This document shows positions 37,656-41,008 of a DNA stretch of 41,008 nucleotides, one piece after another. Every line of letters begins with the position of its first letter. Within the stretch, counting starts at the first letter, position 1. The notes under the pieces were generated by a model. That model was given only the letters and a program-made list of their open reading frames with translations, searched no databases and was not told the DNA's origin. The position numbers and the translations under genes were made by a program. The stretch comes from Thermovirgaceae bacterium (lineage in GTDB: Bacteria; Synergistota; Synergistia; Synergistales; Thermovirgaceae): NCBI GenBank assembly GCA_040767805.1, contig JAXGNU010000013.1, positions 1 to 41,008 of the forward strand. Reading direction: 5' to 3'.

Positions 37656-38312
37656 CTACATCTGGTTCGGGTCGTCTCGTTTTTTTGGCTTCATGGGATT
37701 GTTGTGGTCCTGCCTGGCGGACCTCGCTTCCCAGTGGAGCCTGTCATTGTCGCCCGTTTCGAGGGCGATGGGGATCTCGGTCCAACCCCAGGGGGTCACC
37801 ATGATGAACCTCAATTCCACCCCCTGTGAAGACAGTGCCTTGAAATGCTGTACGTACCGGACCACTTCCCCGATCACCCAACTATCGCTGAGCATCCAGA
37901 CCCGCCGACAGTGGTCCCTGCCGAAGAGAGCGGCATAATCAATGGCCATGCGCATACCCTCGTCGAAATCGACGGGGCCGAAGCAAAGGGCGACGGCTTC
38001 CTCGTGTCCCGCGGGTTCACTCGAGGCGGGAAGTATATCAGCGAACTCCTCCACCCATTCGAGCTGGGAGATCAGTGCTTCAGGGTCCCCTTGCTTCCTG
38101 TCCCCAAAACCGAACAGGTAATCCTCTGTCGAGAGCTCCCCTTCTCCGGAAAGGGCCGAGATCATCCATTCCTCGACCTGGGAAGCGAGCCTCTCCACGT
38201 AGCGGGGGATATCCCCACCGGCCATGGCCCTAAGGATATCTCCGACCGTCCATTCGCCAGACTGGTCAAACCCTTCCTCCTCGTTGCTCCTCCTGTTATC
38301 ACCGGCGCCCAT
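37656..38312 (-). CDS. Hypothetical acidic protein
   Basis: 218-aa ORF, GGAGGT SD, ends at a terminator; no family recognised. Confidence 0.75.
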   Translation of the reverse strand: MGAGDNRRSNEEEGFDQSGEWTVGDILRAMAGGDIPRYVERLASQVEEWMISALSGEGELSTEDYLFGFGDRKQGDPEALISQLEWVEEFADILPASSEPAGHEEAVALCFGPVDFDEGMRMAIDYAALFGRDHCRRVWMLSDSWVIGEVVRYVQHFKALSSQGVELRFIMVTPWGWTEIPIALETGDNDRLHWEARSARQDHNNPMKPKKRDDPNQM

Positions 38313-38449
38313 GAAACACACCTCCCCCGGGCTCTCAAGTTTTCAGAGCATACCACATTTTGAGGAAACCGGCACGGGCTTATTCGGGTTATCTTTAGCC
38401 TATAATAACCCCATGATCGTGAATAATGAAGGAAACGGGGTGGGATCCC

Positions 38450-39007
38450 ATGCTGCCTTTCAGGATCGAACCAGGAAGAACCCAGTTGCTCTTGATCGAC
38501 CTCCAGGAGAAAATGCTGCGGGCCGTATCCGACCAAGAAAGGACCATCCGGAACGCGGGTATCCTCATCCAGGCCGCCAAGACCGTGGGTGTTCCAATAA
38601 AGTTCACCGAACACTATCCCAAGGGGCTCGGCAAAACTGTCCCGCCGCTGATGGAGAAGATGCCCCCCGTTGTTTTACCCTTCGAAAAGATTCACTTCTC
38701 CTGTTGCGACGAAAAGGGTTTTGATGAGTACCTTCGGTACGACCAAAGGGACCAGCTTATCGTTTCCGGGGTCGAGAGCCACATCTGTGTGCTCGCTACC
38801 GTGATGGACCTGCTGTTGCAGGGATACCCCGTGGCCGTGGCGGCCGATGCCTGCTCAAGCCGCGACCCGGACCATCACAGGATGGCCTGCGAGGCCATGA
38901 CCGCCGCCGGGGCGCTGGTGGCGCCCGTTGAGACCTTGGCCTACCAGTTGATCCGGCGGGCCGGTACGGAACAATTCAAAGCCATGCTTCCTTTTTTCAA
39001 GGCATGA
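38450..39007 (+). CDS. Isochorismatase-family (YcaC-related) cysteine hydrolase
   Basis: LLIDLQEK, TEHYPKGLGKTV, EKIHFSC, GVESHICV, ADACSSR. Confidence 0.9.
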   Translation: MLPFRIEPGRTQLLLIDLQEKMLRAVSDQERTIRNAGILIQAAKTVGVPIKFTEHYPKGLGKTVPPLMEKMPPVVLPFEKIHFSCCDEKGFDEYLRYDQRDQLIVSGVESHICVLATVMDLLLQGYPVAVAADACSSRDPDHHRMACEAMTAAGALVAPVETLAYQLIRRAGTEQFKAMLPFFKA

Positions 39008-39043
39008 TTGTCTAGGATCTTCAAAGTACGGGGAGGGGAACCA

Positions 39044-40288
39044 ATGCCGATAGACAGGACAAGAGCGATCGAACTGCACAGGAAGGCAAGGGGCAAGATT
39101 AAGATCTACCCTACCATCAATATCCATAACGAGGAGGAAATGGCCCTTGCCTATATCCCCGGAAGCGTGCCCCCCGCCCTTGCCATCCAACAGGACGAGG
39201 GCATGAGCTTTGAGTACACCGGAAGAGGCAACCGGATCGCCGTCGTGACCGATGGAAGCGCCGTACTGGGGTTGGGCAACGTGGGGCCCTATGCGGCTCT
39301 CCCGGTCATTGAGGGGAAATGCCTGCTTTTCAAGCTTTTCGGTGACGTGAACGCCTATCCCCTGTGCGTGGACTCCCAGGACACGGAAGATATCCTTCAC
39401 TTCTGCGCCCTCCTCGCCCCTACCCTGGGAGGTATCAATATAGAGGATATATCGAGCCCCAAGACGTTCACCCTCGTCCGCGAACTGAGGAACAGGATTA
39501 ACATCCCCGTCCTCTGCGATGACCAGCACGGGACGGCGGTCATCGTACTGGCCGGGATTTATAACGCCCTCGAGGTCCAGGGAAGGAAACTCGAAGACAT
39601 GAGGATCGTGATAAACGGTGCCGGTTCCGCGGGGATCGCCACGGCGGAACTGCTGCTCGAGGCCGGCGCGAAGGATATTGTTGTGCTGAACAGCGCCGGG
39701 GTCCTGGGCGAGGACAACCCAAGGATGAATCACATCCAGGAAGAACTCGCGGAGATCACGAACCCCGGGAAGATATCCGGGGGGCTCGATAAGGCCATGA
39801 AAGGGGCCGACATTTTCGTTGGACTCTCCAAGGGAGGCGTTCTTCCCCCGGAAAACATCAGGCTCATGTCCGGTGACCCGGTGATCCTGGCCATGGCGTT
39901 GCCGGAGCCCGAGATCCTGCCGGAAGAGGCGATCGCCGCGGGTGCCGCCATTGTCGCAACCGGGGGGCCAGGTTACCAGAACGCCATGCCCAATTCCCTA
40001 TCCACTCCCGGGATAATGCGAGGGCTCCTCGACGTCCGAGCGACGGTCCTCAACCACGCGATGCTCCTGGCTGCTGCCCGGGCGTTGGCCGACGTGGTGG
40101 ACAGGCGCAGGTTGGGACCTGGGAAAATAATGCCCGACATTTTCTGTGACGAGACGGCGCCGAGGGTCGCCGAGGCCGTCGGGCAGGCTGCGATAGCCGA
40201 GGGTTTCGCGACAAAGGAAGTACCCAAGGGCGAGATCTACAATAACCTATGGCAAAATCTATACGGGGAACAAATTACGAGATTCTAG
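39044..40288 (+). CDS. NAD(P)-dependent malic enzyme-like protein (divergent)
   Basis: AYIPG, VVTDGSAVLGLGN, EGK..LFK, INIEDI, DDQHGTA, NGAGSAG; SD GGAGG. Confidence 0.88.
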   Translation: MPIDRTRAIELHRKARGKIKIYPTINIHNEEEMALAYIPGSVPPALAIQQDEGMSFEYTGRGNRIAVVTDGSAVLGLGNVGPYAALPVIEGKCLLFKLFGDVNAYPLCVDSQDTEDILHFCALLAPTLGGINIEDISSPKTFTLVRELRNRINIPVLCDDQHGTAVIVLAGIYNALEVQGRKLEDMRIVINGAGSAGIATAELLLEAGAKDIVVLNSAGVLGEDNPRMNHIQEELAEITNPGKISGGLDKAMKGADIFVGLSKGGVLPPENIRLMSGDPVILAMALPEPEILPEEAIAAGAAIVATGGPGYQNAMPNSLSTPGIMRGLLDVRATVLNHAMLLAAARALADVVDRRRLGPGKIMPDIFCDETAPRVAEAVGQAAIAEGFATKEVPKGEIYNNLWQNLYGEQITRF

Positions 40289-40425
40289 GGATCTCCGGGG
40301 GGTAAAAGGCATCGCCCTTTCTCCCGCCGGCCCACCCTAGGCTGCACGCCACAGTTGGAGGTTTCCCGTTCCGGGCGAGAAGCCTCTTCACGTAGGCTGA
40401 CACCCCTTAAAAACGGGAGGCCGCC

Positions 40426-40995
40426 CTACCACCAGCGCCGGGAAAACAACAACAAGGTCCCGACCAGGGTGACCCAAAGCGAGTGACGTTCGCTTTTCCA
40501 GAGAACGCCCCAGTCGAAGGGACCGTTGAATTCCGCCGGGGAGGGCTTTCTCAAAGGGAAGAACCTCCCCACCCTCTGGGAATAACGGGCGAATTCACCG
40601 GGGAAACGCTTTTTAAGATAGCTCTCTTCGTAGGGTATTACCAGTAAGACATAGAGGGTTATGAAAACGACCAGGAAAATTACGAAGGCCATCGGCTTTC
40701 CCGAAAGGACGCACCATCCCGTGCCGATCAGGGCATTTCCCAGGTAGAGCGGGTTCCGGGCCAAGGCGTAGGGCCCCCAGGTGACCAGTGCGGCCGCACC
40801 GACGTTTTCCCCCCGGTATTGCCCAATCGTCCCCGCCGCCCAGAACCGGATCCCCTGCCCCAGTGCTACCGCCGCCAACCCCGTCACGTGAACGGGCGTA
40901 CCGGGACGCATGGAAAAAAGGACCAACAGGAAGAACAGGGCCCAAACACCGCCGCGGAATTTGAAGGCCAGCGAGCCTGCTCTTTCCATGTTCAT
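40426..40995 (-). CDS. Isoprenylcysteine carboxylmethyltransferase / phospholipid methyltransferase family membrane protein
   Basis: IRFWAAG, LVTWGPYALARNPLYLG, EESYL..RF..EF..Y...V.RF. Confidence 0.85.
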   Translation of the reverse strand: MNMERAGSLAFKFRGGVWALFFLLVLFSMRPGTPVHVTGLAAVALGQGIRFWAAGTIGQYRGENVGAAALVTWGPYALARNPLYLGNALIGTGWCVLSGKPMAFVIFLVVFITLYVLLVIPYEESYLKKRFPGEFARYSQRVGRFFPLRKPSPAEFNGPFDWGVLWKSERHSLWVTLVGTLLLFSRRWW

Positions 40996-41008
40996 CCCGT
41001 TTCCTCTT

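Noticed and set aside
40339..40423. Long imperfect hairpin (ggtttcccgtt/aacgggaggcc) between convergent genes
   Set aside because: Its position fits an ordinary terminator or 3' UTR structure; nothing suggests a separate RNA.

Overview
GC-rich bacterial chromosome segment, probably from an anaerobic amino-acid fermenter. Synergistota is my inference from gene content (Grd reductase, tungsten AOR, short EF-Ts, TRAP transporters). It carries housekeeping genes (hpf, rpsB-tsf-pyrH-frr, tadA, smpB, panB, mscL) and RNA genes the ORF track misses (SRP RNA, two tRNA-Ser, tRNA-Pro, tmRNA with tag ANDNYALAA). I see no mobile element, CRISPR array or defence system. The most notable signals: (1) the apparently gene-poor stretch 6919-9370 hides a heavily frameshifted BcsB-like gene and an AMIN-domain gene, with no bcsA in the window; (2) a stand-alone grdE/grdB-type selenoprotein module (in-frame UGA) sits beside a divergent CdaR-family regulator; (3) a TRAP transporter is coupled to a D-Ala-D-Ala dipeptidase; (4) an unidentified structured leader of about 180 nt precedes a MATE gene; (5) a malic-enzyme homolog and a CsoR homolog have lost conserved ligand residues. 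The clustered single-base indels suggest local sequencing or assembly error, so the frameshift calls need read-level checking. All family calls come from motif recognition by eye; no database search was run.
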